Assembly: GCA_964016885.1 (NCBI GenBank)
Contig: OZ024766.1
Location: 7,626,001-7,690,000, forward strand
Direction of reading: 5' to 3'
Length of the DNA: 64,000 nucleotides
Source: Eledone cirrhosa
Taxonomy: Eukaryota
In this document: positions 25,769 through 40,472 of the stretch, piece by piece
How the letters are laid out: each line of letters begins with the position of its first letter
Numbering within the stretch: position 1 is the first letter of the stretch
Position numbers and translations under genes: made by a program
Notes under the pieces: model-generated
Databases searched by the model: none
What the model was told of the DNA's origin: nothing
Seen by the model: only the letters and a program-made list of their open reading frames with translations

Positions 25769-25882
25769 TATATATATATATATATATATATATATGTAAA
25801 AGTTCTATTTAAATTGTTGGGATACAACAAGCAAATATATTTATAACTGATATAAAGCACTCAACAAATAATTGGAGTAAAA

Positions 25883-26221
25883 ATACGATATTAACAAATG
25901 GAAACTATATTTATAAAACCATATTTATTTCATTATACATATTTCAAGGACACCAAGTTAAATTATGGTGTGCTTTCATCAGATAAAATATAATATAGAG
26001 CAGTTTTATAAATAAATATTGACATACCCTTAAAGAATGCAACCGAGAGCTTCCAACAGAAATGGTTGCATTCTTTAAGGGTATGTCAATATTTATTTAT
26101 AAAACTGCTCTATATTATATTTTATCTGATGAAAGCACACCATAATTTAACTTGGTGTCCTTGAAATATGTATAATGAAATAAATATGGTTTTATAAATA
26201 TAGTTTCCATTTGTTAATATC

Positions 26222-26225
<4 letters not shown>
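25883..26225. mobile_element. Fold-back element with a hammerhead in each arm
   Basis: Near-perfect inverted arms of about 160 bp. Hammerhead at 25927-25989 (-) and 26119-26181 (+). Confidence 0.7.
26119..26181 (+). ncRNA. Minimal type I hammerhead ribozyme motif
   Basis: attttat-CTGATGA-aagcacacca..tggtgtcctt-GAAA-tatgt-ATA-atgaaat. Confidence 0.62.
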
Positions 26226-26280
<55 letters not shown>

Positions 26281-26321
26281 TATATATATATATAGATATA
26301 TATATAGATATATACACATAT

Positions 26322-26362
<41 letters not shown>

Positions 26363-26379
26363 TAGATATATACACATAT

Positions 26380-26410
<31 letters not shown>

Positions 26411-26411
26411 G

Positions 26412-26444
<33 letters not shown>

Positions 26445-26488
26445 CACACACATATATATATATACAGATATATATCTTTCTTCTCTAG

Positions 26489-27058
26489 AGAAAAGATCTG
26501 GAATATTTGCTGGAGGACCTGTCGGAAGATTCGGAACTTCGGATCAACGCCTACCTCTCACTGATGAAATGTCCGACGGAACCATTCCTTGACAAACTCC
26601 AAAGGCTGCTCTCATCGGAAAAGTCGAACCAAGTAAAATCCTTCATCCTTTCCCATTTGGAGAACTTAAAAACAACATCCGACCCACACTTCCAAAACAT
26701 TCGAAAGTTCCTCGAAGAACGAAACATGTGGGGGGATGATACTTCAAACACTGTTAATATGGATGCTCGGAAATACTCTCGGAACTATGAACGGTCCATG
26801 TTCTTTGATAGTGTCGATGCAGGAGCAAAACTTGACTCCAATTTAATCTTTTCTTCCAAATCTTTCCTCCCGCGTTCTGCGAATCTCAATTTGACACTGG
26901 ACGTCTTCGGACAAGCTGTTAACTTCTTGGAAATAGGGGGACGCGTTGAAGGCTTGGAACAGCTCCTTGAGTCCTATTTCGGACCCAGTGGACACCTCAA
27001 GAGCAAGTCAGGTTCCGGTGCCAATTCTAGGTTTCCCATTCCACGGATCGACGAAAAG
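26489..27058 (+). CDS. LLTP exon G (end of helical domain, DUF1943 beta-sheet)
   Basis: ctctag|AGA..AAG|gtaaaa; [66 protein letters not shown] are apolipophorin/apoB motifs. Confidence 0.95.
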
Positions 27059-27082
27059 GTAAAATGAAAATAAAATTTTTTT

Positions 27083-27143
<61 letters not shown>

Positions 27144-27206
27144 GCCCCAGGTCAGTCTTGATCCAGTAGACCTGCGATATGATCAAAGATGTTCCAGTTG
27201 TGACCA

Positions 27207-28071
27207 TCCTGTCTTATATACAGACACAGTGTACCTAGGACTACATTATCTAATGTGTCCTGTCATATATACAGACACAGTCTATCTAGGACTACATTAT
27301 CTAATGTGTCCTGTCTTATATACAGACACAGTGTACCTAGGACTACATTATCTAATGTGTCCTGTCTTATATACAGACACAGTGTACCTAGGACTACATT
27401 ATCTAATGTGTCCTGTCTTATATACAGACACAGTCTACCTAGGACTACATTATCTAATGTGTCCTGTCCTATATACAGACACAGTGTACCTAGGACTACA
27501 TTATCTAATGTGTCCTGTCTTATATACAGACACAGTGTACCTAGGACTACATTATCTAATGTGTCCTGTCTTATATACAGACACAGTGTATCTAGGACTA
27601 CATTATCCAATGTGTCCTGTCTTATATACAGACACAGTGTACCTAGGACTACATTATCTAATGTGTCCTGTCTTATATACAGACACAGTGTACGTAGGAC
27701 TACATTATCTAATGTGTCCTGTCTTATATACAGACACAGTGTACCTAGGACTACATTATCTAATGTGTCCTGTCTTATATACAGACACAGTGTACCTAGG
27801 ACTACATTATCTAATGTGTCCTGTCTTATATACAGACACAGTGTACCTAGGACTACATTATCTAATGTGTCCTGTCTTATATACAGACACAGTGTATCTA
27901 GGACTACATTATCTAATGTGTCCTGTCTTATATACAGACACAGTGTACCTAGGACTACATTATCTAATGTGTCCTGTCTTATATACAGACACAGTGTACC
28001 TAGGACTACATTATCTAATGTGTCCTGTCTTATATACAGACACAGTGTATCTAGGACTACATTATCTAATG
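27207..28071. repeat. 51-bp minisatellite (about 17 copies)
   Basis: Unit cctgtcttatatacagacacagtgtacctaggactacattatctaatgtgt. Confidence 0.92.
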
Positions 28072-28220
28072 CCCTTCCTTGTTGTTGTTTTTAAATTTCA
28101 AAATAATTCAAGTATAAAAATTATTTCCAAAATTTTCTAATTTTTTTCCTTTTCTCCCCTCCCCCTTCTTCTTACACACACACCACTACACACGACTCAA
28201 CGCACCACTTTACACACCAG

Positions 28221-28579
28221 TTCAAGACAACGATCGACAAACTCAAAGGATCCACATATTTCAGAGTGTTCGGAAACGACCTTGGCTACTGGCAGCTGAA
28301 AGACGTAGTCCCGTCTCTCTTGTCATCCAATCCTACCTCTTCCTGGTTCAAGAACATCGACATAAAGAAGATCATGGAGAACTTCGTCCAGCAACGCAGA
28401 GAGGCGTCCTTCAGCAAGAGCGCGCTCCTTCTCGATATGGCACTAATCGTGCCAACTTGTGTTGGGTTTCCCTTAAACCTCAGCTTTGCTGCGACTGGTT
28501 CTGTTAAGATGGAAGCTTCAGGGAAATTAAATATGCCCTCATTTAGGAACATTGAACTCCATGGAATGATCAGCCCAAG
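28221..28579 (+). CDS. LLTP exon H
   Basis: caccag|TTC..CCAAG|gtatga; YFRVFGNDL and VPTCVGFPLNLS; phase 0-2. Confidence 0.93.
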
Positions 28580-28607
28580 GTATGAGAGTATTTTGTTTGT
28601 ATATAAT

Positions 28608-28915
28608 GGAGGCACATGGCTTAGTGGTTAGAGCATTGGCCTTGCAATCGAAAGGTTGTAAGTTCAATTCTCAGACCGGGTGATGTGTTGTTTCGTTGAG
28701 CAAGACACTTTATTTCACATTGCTCCAGTTTACTCAGCTGTAGAAATGAGATGATAGGGACTGGGGTCCCGATCATTCCACTGCAAAAAAGCACCCAGCA
28801 CTCACTGTAAATGAGGTTGGTGTTAGGAAGGGCATCCAGCTGTAGAAATCAAGCCAGAATCAGTTCCCGTCCCACCCTTGCAAGCAGGGAAAAGGGGACG
28901 TAAAATGAAATGATA
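28608..28915 (+). mobile_element. tRNA-derived SINE, family 2
   Basis: Near identical to the 9664 copy; tail cccacccttgcaagcagggaaaag..gacgtaaaatga. Confidence 0.82.
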
Positions 28916-29308
28916 TCTCTAGGGCGGGTAAAATTCCCAAGACCCGTGGACGAGTTCTCTCCAGCGGTCTCTGTCACTCATTATCGCAGACAGTCCTATA
29001 CGAGCGAGACACGGCCTCCCGACCAATCTTGCCTCAAGTGGGACAATTCCCGTCTAAACCCATGCTAGCGTGGAAGATAGACGTTAAACGATGATGATGA
29101 TGATGATGATGATATATATACATATATATAAAATTGAAAAGGTGAAGAATAACATGGTCAACAGTACAAAAAAGGGATTTATTTACAGTCTGACAATTGT
29201 TTCACTGATTAAGTTGTCTAAACACTTAAATTGCTGAACACTTGAAGCCGTGCCACTCAATTTTAAATACTGGATTACCTATAACGATATTTTGTTATCC
29301 CTTATATA

Positions 29309-29945
29309 TAGGGTGGGTAAAATTCCCAAGATCCATGGATGAGTTCTCTCCAGCGGTCTCTGTCCCTCATTATCGTTGCCATGTCCTGCGTCTCCAACAG
29401 ACCAGTGTCTGTCCTTAGGGCATCAACATACGTCAACCTCGGTCTTCCTCTTCCAGTGTGTCCATGTAGGGGCTCCCACAGGAGCACTGAGTGCAGTGTC
29501 AACTCTGGATGTCGGTGAGCATGTCCAGCTAACCTAGTGTGTCCATGTAGGGGCTCCCACAGGAGCACTGAGTGCAATGTCAACTCTGAATGTCGGTGAG
29601 CATGTCCAGCTAACCTAGTGTGTCCATGTAGGGGCTCCCACAGGAGCACTGAGTGCAGTGTCAACTCTGGATGTCGGTGAGCATGTCCAGCTAACCTAGT
29701 GTGTCCATGTAGGGGCTCCCACAGGAGCACTGAGTGCAATGTCAACTCTGAATGTCGGTGAGCATGTCCAGCTAACCTAGTGTGTCCATGTAGGGGCTCC
29801 CACAGGAGCACTGAGTGCAGTGTCAACTCTGAATGTCGGTGAGCATGTCCAGCTAACCTCAGTCTCCTCTGTGTTACTCTCAATTTAACAGCACTAGGGT
29901 TAAAGTCCCTAACTTCAATGTCAAGGAGCAATCTGGTTGTTATGA
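29309..29945 (-). mobile_element. RTE-like LINE 3' fragment with five 81-bp internal tandem copies
   Basis: RRLRLAGHAHRH..LLWEP..GRGRPRLTYVDAL..DRDRWR; the 27-codon unit is repeated in frame. Confidence 0.82.
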
Positions 29946-29972
29946 CTCTGTATATATATATATGTGTACACA

Positions 29973-31115
29973 AAAATACAATAGTATATATAGAGTAATG
30001 TAAATGTTATGTGAGATATTATGTGAGGTAAAGCCTTTACTGTGACAATACAATAGTATATATAGAGTAATGTAAATGTTATGTGAGGTATTATGTGAGG
30101 TAAAGCCTTTACTATGAAAATACAATAGTATATATAGAGTAATGTAAATGTTATGTGAGATATTATGTGAGGTAAAGCCTTTACTGTGACAATACAATAG
30201 TATATATAGAGTAATGTAAATGTTATGTGAGGTATTATGTGAGGTAAAGCCTTTACTATGAAAATACAATAGTATATATAGAGTAATGTAAATGTTATGT
30301 GAGATATTAGTTGAGGTAAAGCCTTTACTGTGACAATACAATAGTATATATAGAGTAATGTAAATGTTATGTGAGATATTATGTGAGGTAAAGCCTTTAC
30401 TGTGACAATACAATAGTATATATAGAGTAATGTAAATGTTATGTGAGATATTATGTGAGGTAAAGCCTTTACTGTGAAAATACAATAGTATATATAGAGT
30501 AATGTAAATGTTATGTGAGATATTATGTGAGGTAAAGCCTTTACTGTGACAATACAATAGTATATATAGAGTAATGTAAATGTTATGTGAGATATTATGT
30601 GAGGTAAAGCCTTTACTGTGAAAATACAATAGTATATATAGAGTAATGTAAATGTTATGTGAGATATTATGTGAGGTAAAGCTTTTACTGTGAAAATACA
30701 ATAGTATATATAGAGTAATGTAAATGTTATGTGAGATATTATGTGAGGTAAAGCCTTTACTGTGACAATACAATAGTATATATAGAGTAATGTAAATGTT
30801 ATGTGAGATATTATGTGAGGTAAAGCCTTTACTGTGACAATACAATAGTATATATAGAGTAATGTAAATGTTATGTGAGATATTATGTGAGGTAAGGCCT
30901 TTACTGTGAAAATACAATAGTATATATAGAGTAATGTAAATGTTATGTGAGATATTATGTGAGGTAAAGCCTTTACTGTGACAATACAATAGTATATATA
31001 GAGTAATGTAAATGTTATGTGAGATATTATGTGAGGTAAAGCCTTTACTGTGAAAATACAATAGTATATATAGAGTAATGTAAATGATAAAGGACTAAAG
31101 CTTGCTAAAGGTTAA
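29973..31115. repeat. 72-bp MITE-internal minisatellite (about 15 copies) ending in a degenerate right TIR
   Basis: Same unit as 5874-6513; ends taaatgataaagg..tgctaaaggttaa. Confidence 0.88.
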
Positions 31116-31175
31116 CACGGAAATAAACGAAACTTTGGATTTTACCTTCTGCCCTCTCTCTCGACCCTTCTATAG

Positions 31176-31358
31176 TGCCGCAATAGATGTCACAGGAGAA
31201 ATGACAGTAGATGCATTTGCCTCAAGGGCCGGAGTTCGAATGACAACTGTGGCACACACAAACACCGCAGCGAAGATTTCATTCAACATGAAGGACAGGG
31301 AAGTTGTGAGTTCATCATTCGAACTGCCGAAAACCAAGATGGAGGTTTTAAATCTGAA
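31176..31358 (+). CDS. LLTP exon I
   Basis: tctatag|T GCC..AA|gtaagt; (P)SAAIDVTGEMTVDA; phase 2-2. Confidence 0.9.
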
Positions 31359-31453
31359 GTAAGTTTTCATCTGATTTAAACAGCTCTTGGATGTGTTTTT
31401 TTTTTTTTATTATTTTAAATTTTATATTTTGCCATCATCATCATCATCATAAT

Positions 31454-31498
<45 letters not shown>

Positions 31499-31854
31499 TA
31501 TATATATATGTGTGTGTGTGTGTATTTATATATCTACATGTATATGTATATATATATGCATATATATATATATATATATACATATATATGCACATATATG
31601 TACATATATATACATATATATGCATATATATATAAACATACACACATATATATATGTGCCTATATATATACACATATATATATATAATACATACACACAT
31701 ATATATATATATATATATATGCATATATATACATATATATACATACATATATATATGCATATATATACATATATATGCATACATATATATACATACATAT
31801 ACATATATATGCATACATATATATACATACATATACATACATATATATACATAC

Positions 31855-31899
<45 letters not shown>

Positions 31900-32026
31900 T
31901 CCATATATATATATATATATCCATATATGGATATATATATATATATCCATATATAGATATATATATACACATATCCATATATATATATATATATACATAT
32001 ATCCATATATGGATATATATATATAC

Positions 32027-32059
<33 letters not shown>

Positions 32060-32080
32060 TATATGGATATATATATATAC

Positions 32081-32115
<35 letters not shown>

Positions 32116-32221
32116 TATATGGATATATAGATATATATATCCATATATGGATATATATATATATATATATATATATATCCATATATGGATATATTCCCTA
32201 AACCTATCCTTACAACCACAG

Positions 32222-32483
32222 GTCAGATATCTTCATCGTCCACCGTGAATCAGAACAGAAACAGAAGCTCATCCAGCGGGGTGCAGTAAACAAGACTAGA
32301 TGCTCAGGCACCGCCTTTGCTAAAGTAACCGGCCTTGACATGTGCCTACATGTGCAGTACTCGAACGCATCCATGCAACAACAGTCACCCTTCTTCCCGC
32401 TGACCGGGCCCGTAGCTTTCAAGTTGGATATCACACAGACTGACCTACCAAAAGGATATCGCATAGAGGCCAGATTTTTGCAG
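32222..32483 (+). CDS. LLTP exon J (absent from the ORF track)
   Basis: ccacag|G TCA..CAG|gtatgt; [14 protein letters not shown], an apoB/apolipophorin motif; phase 2-0. Confidence 0.92.
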
Positions 32484-32502
32484 GTATGTCTGGAGGTATG
32501 TT

Positions 32503-33365
32503 TCTAACCCTAACCCTTAAACAAAACCTACTCCCTCTAACCCTGATCCTTTAACCCTTAAAAAAAATTGCACCCTTAACCATAACCCAAACCTTAACTC
32601 TTAAAAAAAACTGCACCCTTAACCATAACCCAAACCTTAACCCTTAAAAAAACAACACCCTTAACCATAACCCAAACCTTAAACCTTAAAAAAAACTGCA
32701 CCCTTAACCATAACCCAAACCTTAACCCTTAAAAAAACAACACCCTTAACCATAACCCAAACCTTAACCCTTAAAAAAAACTACACCCTTAACCATAACC
32801 CAAACCTTAACCCTTAAAAAAAACTACACCCTTAACCATAACCCAAACCTTAACCCTTAAAAAACACTATACCCTTAACCATAACCCTTAAAAAACACTA
32901 TACCCTTAACCATAACCCTTAAAAAACACTATACCCTTAACCATAACCCTTAAAAAACACTATACCCTTAACCATAACCCTTAAAAAACACTATACCCTT
33001 AACCATAACCCTTAAAAAACACTATACCATTAACCATAACCCTTAAAAAACTATACCCTTAACCATAACCCTTAAAAAACACTATACCCTTAACCATAAC
33101 CCTTAAAAAACACTATACCATTAACCATAACCCTTAAAAAACTATACCCTTAACCATAACCCTTAAACAACACTATACCCTTAACCATAACCCTTAAAAA
33201 ACACTATACCATTAACCATAACCCTTAAAAAACTATACCCTTAACCATAACTCAAAACTTAATCCAAACCTTTACCCGAACCCTTAAACAAAACCTACTC
33301 CCCTAACACTAACCCTGAAAAGAAAACTACATCCTTAACCATAACCCTAACGCAAAACTTAACCC
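32503..33365. repeat. TAACCC-rich minisatellite (units of about 32 and 44 bp)
   Basis: cccttaaccataacccttaaaaaacactata and longer variants. Confidence 0.88.
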
Positions 33366-33491
33366 TCTCTCTCTCTCTCTCTCTCTGCCTCCTTCTCCCT
33401 CTCTCTCTCTCTATCTGCCTCCTTCTCCCTCTCTCTCTCTCTCTCTCTCTCTGCCTCCTTCTCACTCTCTCTCTCTCTCTCTCTGCCTCCT

Positions 33492-33522
<31 letters not shown>

Positions 33523-33804
33523 GCCTCCTCCCTCTCTCTCTCTCTCTGCCTCCTTCTCCCCCTCTCTCTCTCTCTCTCTGCCTCCCCCCTCTCTCTCTGC
33601 CTCCTTCTCTCTCTCTCTCTCTCTGCCTCCTTCTCCCCCCCCCTCTCTCTCTCTGCCTCCTCTCTCACTCTCTCTCTCTGCCTCCTTCACCCTCTCTCTC
33701 TCTCTCTCTGCCTCCTTCCCCCCTCTCTCTCTCTCTGCCTCCTTCTCTCTCTCTCTCTCTCTGCCTCCTTCTCACTCCCTCTCTCTCTCTCTGTATACAT
33801 TCAG

Positions 33805-33937
33805 TCTCAGAAATTCGGTTTCCAAGTCGACACCCCAGAATCCAGAACAAACAGGAAGATTTCAATGGACATTGATGTTGGTGCAACTCATGCCAAGATG
33901 GAGGTCGACTCACCTTGGAGACACTACACATTTCACG
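33805..33937 (+). CDS. LLTP exon K (absent from the ORF track)
   Basis: attcag|TCT..CACG|gtgagt; FQVDTPESRTNRKISMD..DSPWR; phase 0-1. An alternative in-frame acceptor lies 6 nt downstream. Confidence 0.82.
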
Positions 33938-34214
33938 GTGAGTGCGTATATATATTATATATGTCTATGTGTATATAAGTATGTGTGTGTGTGTGTCTGT
34001 GTGTGTGTGTGTGTGTGTCTGTGTGTGTGTGTGTGTGTTTGACAGCTCACACCTATACAGGTTTAGCTGGCCTCCTCCAAGGTATATCTTGTTGGAGGTG
34101 TCTTGGGTGATTTAATGATAGGGACCCCAGTCCTATCATGTTACATCTCACACCTATGCAGGTTTAGCTGGCCTCCTCCAAGGTATATCTCGTTGGAGGT
34201 GTCTTGGGTGATTT

Positions 34215-34382
34215 AATGATAGGGACCCCAGTCCTGTCATCTCATTTCTACAGCTGAGTAAACTGGAGCAACGTGAAATAAAGTGTCTTGCTCAAGGAAA
34301 CAACACATCACCCGGTCTGAGAATTGAACTCACAACCTTTCGATTGCAAGGCCAATGCTCTAACCACTAAGCCATGTGCCTT
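34215..34382 (-). mobile_element. tRNA-derived SINE, family 2 (head and body)
   Basis: Reverse complement of 9664-9830. Confidence 0.8.
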
Positions 34383-34891
34383 GTGTATGCATGTATTTAA
34401 ATATATGGACAGGTCATCGGTGACTAAACCGGCAACACCCACCAAGCTTGCTTGGTGAGGAGGGTGATATTTGGACAGCCTGCTGGATGAAATACAAGAG
34501 CAGGCAAAGGGCTAAGGAACTCAGCAGAGTCAACAGCCATCCAAATAGTAGTTGTTTTGTTTTTTTCCCCCCACCTGGGAGTGAAAGGCCCCCAGTTGTT
34601 GTCACACCACCTTTCTAGGAGAGAGGTAACTTTGAAAAAAAATAAACCTGTGGCTTTGGAAGCATCCGATGATGTTTACCAGTTCTCATTTCCGGGTAGT
34701 GTTTTAGATGCTCAGAGAGTGGGATTGGTCGAGTGCAGGGCCTTTCCCCACTTAAAAGACCTTCAAAGCACAGGCATTGCTTGTTCAGGATCTGTTACAG
34801 GTTTGTGTGGCTGGCCGTAGCCTAAAAGTGCACCAAACTCTATAATCTGACAAAAGATGGCTGTAAACTCTTAGCAGAGTTTGCAGCCATC

Positions 34892-34943
<52 letters not shown>

Positions 34944-34959
34944 ATATGTATATATATAT

Positions 34960-35034
<75 letters not shown>

Positions 35035-35056
35035 TATATACATATATATATACACA

Positions 35057-35121
<65 letters not shown>

Positions 35122-35126
35122 ATATG

Positions 35127-35184
<58 letters not shown>

Positions 35185-35213
35185 CATATATATATACATA
35201 TATATATACACAT

Positions 35214-35247
<34 letters not shown>

Positions 35248-35256
35248 ATACACATA

Positions 35257-35288
<32 letters not shown>

Positions 35289-35315
35289 CATATATATATA
35301 CATATATATATATAT

Positions 35316-35384
<69 letters not shown>

Positions 35385-35578
35385 TATATATACACACACA
35401 CACATATATATATATATGTATATATACATATATATATATACACACACACACATATATATATATATGTATATATACATATATATATATACACACACACACA
35501 TATATATATATATATGTATATATACACATATATATTTAAATGCAGAAATTTTTTCAATTTTAATTTCAATTTCCACAG

Positions 35579-35842
35579 GCAAGATGGAGGGAAAACCGAA
35601 TCATGTTTTATCCGGAGATTTTCAAATAGATTTTAAGAATCAAAGAATCGATAAATATGGGGTTTCCTTGATGATGACGAAGACCAGGGCAAAACAGATT
35701 GTGAAATGGACCCCTAAATTTGAAGTCTACACCCCATCGAGGCAGTGGATTGCTGAGGGAAATATTGTGAAAAGACTAGACAAAAGTATTACAGCAGATT
35801 TTTCAGCCCTTGGATTTTTCAACCAAAATATCTCAATGAAAT
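35579..35842 (+). CDS. LLTP exon L
   Basis: ccacag|GC..AAAT|gtaagt; open frame; phase 1-1. Confidence 0.82.
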
Positions 35843-35952
35843 GTAAGTTATCCCTGTTTTATTTTTTTGGGGGGGAAGGGTCCTTTTTCTGTTGCTGTTG
35901 TTGCTGTTGTTGTCGTCGTTGTTGTAGCTGTCTCTCAATCTTTCTTCCATTT

Positions 35953-37695
35953 CGGAACATAACTCAACAGTGGTTCTTATGATGGACAGTTTTTAGATAA
36001 ATATAAACACTTTAAAACAAACAGTTTTGTATCATAGAACCAGGGGTGTTTGGAACATAACTTAACAAAGGTTCTTACAAACAGTGTTGTATCATAGAAC
36101 CAGGGGTATTTGGAACATAACTTAACACAGGTTCTTACATAAAATTATGATGGAAGGTTTTTAGATAAATATAAACACTTTAAAACAAACAGTTTTGTAT
36201 CATAGAACCAGGGATGTTTGGAACATAGCTTAACAAAGGTGCTTACAAACAGTTTTCCATCATAGAACCAGAGGTATTTGGAACATAACTTAACAAAGGT
36301 TTTTACAAACAGTTTTGTATCATAGAAGCAGGGGTGTTTGGAACATAACTTAACAAAGGTTCCTACATAAAATTATGATGGAAGGTTTTTAGATAAATAT
36401 AAACACTTTAAAACAAACAGTTTTGTATCATAGAACCAGGGATGTTTGGAACATAGCTTAACAAAGGTGCTTACAAACAGTTTTCCATCATAGAACCAGA
36501 GGTATTTGGAACATAACTTAACAAAGGTTTTTACAAACAGTTTTGTATCATAGAAGCAGGGGTGTTTGGAACATAACTTAACAAAGGTTCCTACATAAAA
36601 TTATGATGGAAGGTTTTTAGATAAATATAAACACTTTAACACAAACAGTTTTGTATCATAGAACCAGGGGTGTTTGGAACATAACTTAACAAAGGTTCCT
36701 ACATAAAATTATGATGGAAGGTTTTTAGATAAATATAAACACTTTAACACAAACAGTTTTGTATCATAGAACCAGGGGTGTTTGGAACATAACTTAACAA
36801 AGGTTCCTACATAAAATTATGATGGAAGGTTTTTAGATAAATATAAACACTTTAACACAAACAGTTTTGTATCATAGAACCAGGGGTGTTTGGAACATAA
36901 CTTAACAAAGGTTCCTACATAAAATTATGATGGAAGGTTTTTAGATAAATATAAACACTTTAACACAAACAGTTTTGTATCATAGAACCAGGGGTGTTTG
37001 GAACATAACTTAACACAGGTTCTTACATAAAATTATGATGGAAGGTTTTTAGATAAATATAAACACTTTAAAACAAACAGTTTTGTATCATAGAACCAGG
37101 GGTGTTTGGAACATAACTTAACACAGGTTCTTACATAAAATTATGATGGAAGGTTTTTAGATAAATATAAACACTTTAAAACAAACAGTTTTGTATCATA
37201 GAACCAGGGATGTTTGGAACATAGCTTAACAAAGGTGCTTACAAACAGTTTTCCATCATAGAACCAGAGGTATTTGGAACATAACTTAACAAAGGTTTTT
37301 ACAAACAGTTTTGTATCATAGAAGCAGGGGTGTTTGGAACATAACTTAACAAAGGTTCCTACATAAAATTATGATGGAAGGTTTTTAGATGAATATAAAC
37401 ACTTTAAAACAAACAGTTTTGTATCATAGAACCAGGGGTGTTTGGAACATAACTTAACACAGGTTCTTACATAAAATTATGATGGAAGGTTTTTAGATAA
37501 ATATAAACACTTTAAAACACACAGTTTTGTATCATAGAACCAGGGGTGTTTGGAACATAACTTAACAAAGGTTCTTACATAAAATTATGATGGAAGGTTT
37601 TTAGATAAATATAAACACTTTAAAACAAACAGTTTTGTATCATAGAACCAGGGGTGTTTGGAACATAACTTAACACAGGTTCTTACATAAAATTA
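35953..37695. repeat. Minisatellite with mixed 108-bp and 60-bp units
   Basis: ttatgatggaagg recurs at 36601, 36709 and 36817. Homologous to single-copy sequence flanking the MITE at 5690-5737 and 6522-6555. Confidence 0.9.
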
Positions 37696-37745
37696 GTCTC
37701 ATCATCATCATCATCTTCGTTTAACATCTATCTATCTGTCTATCT

Positions 37746-37921
37746 GAGGTTGCACATTTTCGAGGGTATGTGTTACCCATACGTAATGTCTCCCCCTAAT
37801 GGGGAAAATCAACTAATCTTTAAATTCCATCTGTGATAACATTTTACACGTTTTTATTGTATGTAAACTTCCCCCTTTGTATTTGTCCCCTTCTTTTGTG
37901 CCCCTGTGGCTAATAAAGAAA
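37746..37921 (+). mobile_element. Tx1-family 3' UTR fragment heading a 1.6-kb (TATC/TA/TC)n tract
   Basis: Ends gtggctaataaagaaa-cata-tctat. Confidence 0.8.
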
Positions 37922-37965
37922 CATATCTATCTATCTATCTATCTATCTATTTATTTATCTATCTA

Positions 37966-38042
<77 letters not shown>

Positions 38043-38169
38043 CTCTCTATATATATATATCTATCTATCTCTCTATATATATCTATCTATCTCTCTCTCT
38101 ATATATATCTATCTATCTCTCTATATATATATCTATCTATCTATCTCTCTCTCTATATATATATATCTA

Positions 38170-38224
<55 letters not shown>

Positions 38225-38313
38225 CTCTCTCTATATATATCTATCTATCTATCTATCTCTCTCTATATATATATATATCTATCTCTCTCTCTCTATATAT
38301 ATATATCTATCTA

Positions 38314-38402
<89 letters not shown>

Positions 38403-38427
38403 CTATATATATATATATATATATCTA

Positions 38428-38470
<43 letters not shown>

Positions 38471-38571
38471 CTCTATATATATATATATCTATATCTCTCT
38501 ATATATATATATATCTATATCTCTCTCTATATATATATATCTATCTATCTATCTCTATATATATCTATCTA

Positions 38572-38602
<31 letters not shown>

Positions 38603-38721
38603 CTATCTCTCTCTATATATATATCTATCTATCTATATATATATCTATATATATATATCTATCTATATCTCTCTATATATATATCTATCTATCTCTCTCT
38701 CTCTATATATATATATATCTA

Positions 38722-38768
<47 letters not shown>

Positions 38769-39510
38769 ATATATATATATATATCTATCTATCTCTATAT
38801 ATATCTATCTATCTATCTATCTCTCTATATATATATATCTATCTATCTCTCTCTATATATATCTATCTATCTATCTCTCTCTATATATATATCTATCTAT
38901 CTATCTCTCTCTCTATATATATCTATCTATCTATCTCTCTCTCTATATATATCTATCTATCTATCTCTATATATATCTATCTATCTATCTATCTCTCTCT
39001 CTATATATATCTATCTATCTATCTCTATATATATATATCTATCTATCTATATCTCTCTCTATATATATCTATCTATCTCTCTCTCTCTATATATATATCT
39101 ATCTATCTATCTCTCTATATATATCTATCTATCTCTCTCTCTCTATATATATATCTATCTATCTATATCTCTCTCTATATATATCTATCTATCTCTCTCT
39201 CTCTCTATATATATCTATCTATCTATATCTCTCTCTATATATATCTATCTATCTATCTCTATATATATCTATCTATCTATCTCTATATATATCTATCTAT
39301 CTATATCTCTCTCTATATATATCTATCTATCTATCTCTATATATATCTATCTATCTCTCTCTCTATATATATCTATCTATCTATCTATCTCTATATATAT
39401 CTATCTATCTATCTCTCTCTCTATATATATATATCTATCTATATCTCTCTCTATATATATATATCTATCTATATCTCTCTCTATATATATCTATCTATCT
39501 ATCCTGGCAG

Positions 39511-39765
39511 TCTTTGGTGAAAGAATCAGGAAAACTTATTCGTCGTTTATCAAGTTACGCGTGAACGAGAAACGTTACTTAGTGGAGGCAAAGTTTGGTC
39601 AGGTGGCAAAGGGTCGAGGAACTGTGTACTCAGCCAACGTAGGGATCACAGTACCACACAGACAACCCATCAAACTGATTACGAGGGTCATCTATAACCC
39701 CGGCGTCAAGATGGGCTTCGATCTTGTTATTGACAACGTCTTTTCCAGTAAAGTTCAGATGTCTG
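39511..39765 (+). CDS. LLTP exon M
   Basis: tggcag|TC TTT..TCTG|gtaagt; open frame; phase 1-1. Confidence 0.8.
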
Positions 39766-39768
39766 GTA

Positions 39769-40113
39769 AGTTCTATACCAGTTTATTCCAGTTTTATACC
39801 AGTTTATTCCAGTTTTAAACCAGTTTATTCCAATTCTATACCAGTTTATTCCAGTTTTATACCAGTTTATTCTAATTCTATACCAGTTTATTTCAGTTCT
39901 ATACCACTATTTCCAGTTCTATACCAGTTTAATGCCAGTTTATTCCAGTCCAGTTCCATACCAGTTTATTCCAGTTTTGTACCAGTTTATTCCAGTTCTA
40001 TACCAGTTTGTTCCAGTTTTATACCAATTTATTCCAATTTTTATAACAGTTCATACCAGTTTATTCCAGTTTTATACCAGTTTATTCTAATTTTATACCA
40101 GTTTATTCCAGTT
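39769..40113. repeat. Degenerate 21-bp repeat (ccagtttattccagttttata)
   Basis: Seen directly. Confidence 0.85.
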
Positions 40114-40246
40114 TCTCGCCCTTTCTCTCGCTCACCCTTCCCACAATGCAGTGCCCTGTCTCACCCTTTCTCTCAGCCTTCCTTCCGTCTCACAATGAAT
40201 GTTGTCTTTTGTCTCACTTGTCTCACCTTTCCTATCATTCGTCCAG

Positions 40247-40472
40247 CTCTGGTTATCTCCAACAAGAAGAAGATGGACAATTCCTTGAAGTTCAGCTTGA
40301 AGTCTCCGAAACTGACAGTGTCTAGCAAGGGTAATGTGCAGCTGAAGAGCGCATATTTCATGGCGCATCTTGAGTGCACCTACAAACTGTACGAAATGAA
40401 CGACAAGTTGGTGTTCGATGCAAAACTTCGAGACGAAAGTAACCGTAATTCCACCAAATACAGGGCTAACTT
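40247..40472 (+). CDS. LLTP exon N
   Basis: gtccag|CT CTG..TT|gtaagt; phase 1-2. Confidence 0.82.

Noticed and set aside
29185-29250. Hammerhead-like GAAACAATTGTC on the minus strand (also a core-like motif near 10330-10370)
   Set aside because: No correctly placed CTGANGA and stem II could be found.
32503-33365. Interstitial telomere
   Set aside because: Only scattered TAACCC inside 32/44-bp units; no (TTAGGG)n run.
34405-34890. Non-repetitive, more GC-rich block as a possible extra exon or HDV-like ribozyme/LINE 5' end
   Set aside because: Exons K and L already join in phase, there is no LLTP-like reading, and only a partial hairpin without P1-P3 is visible.
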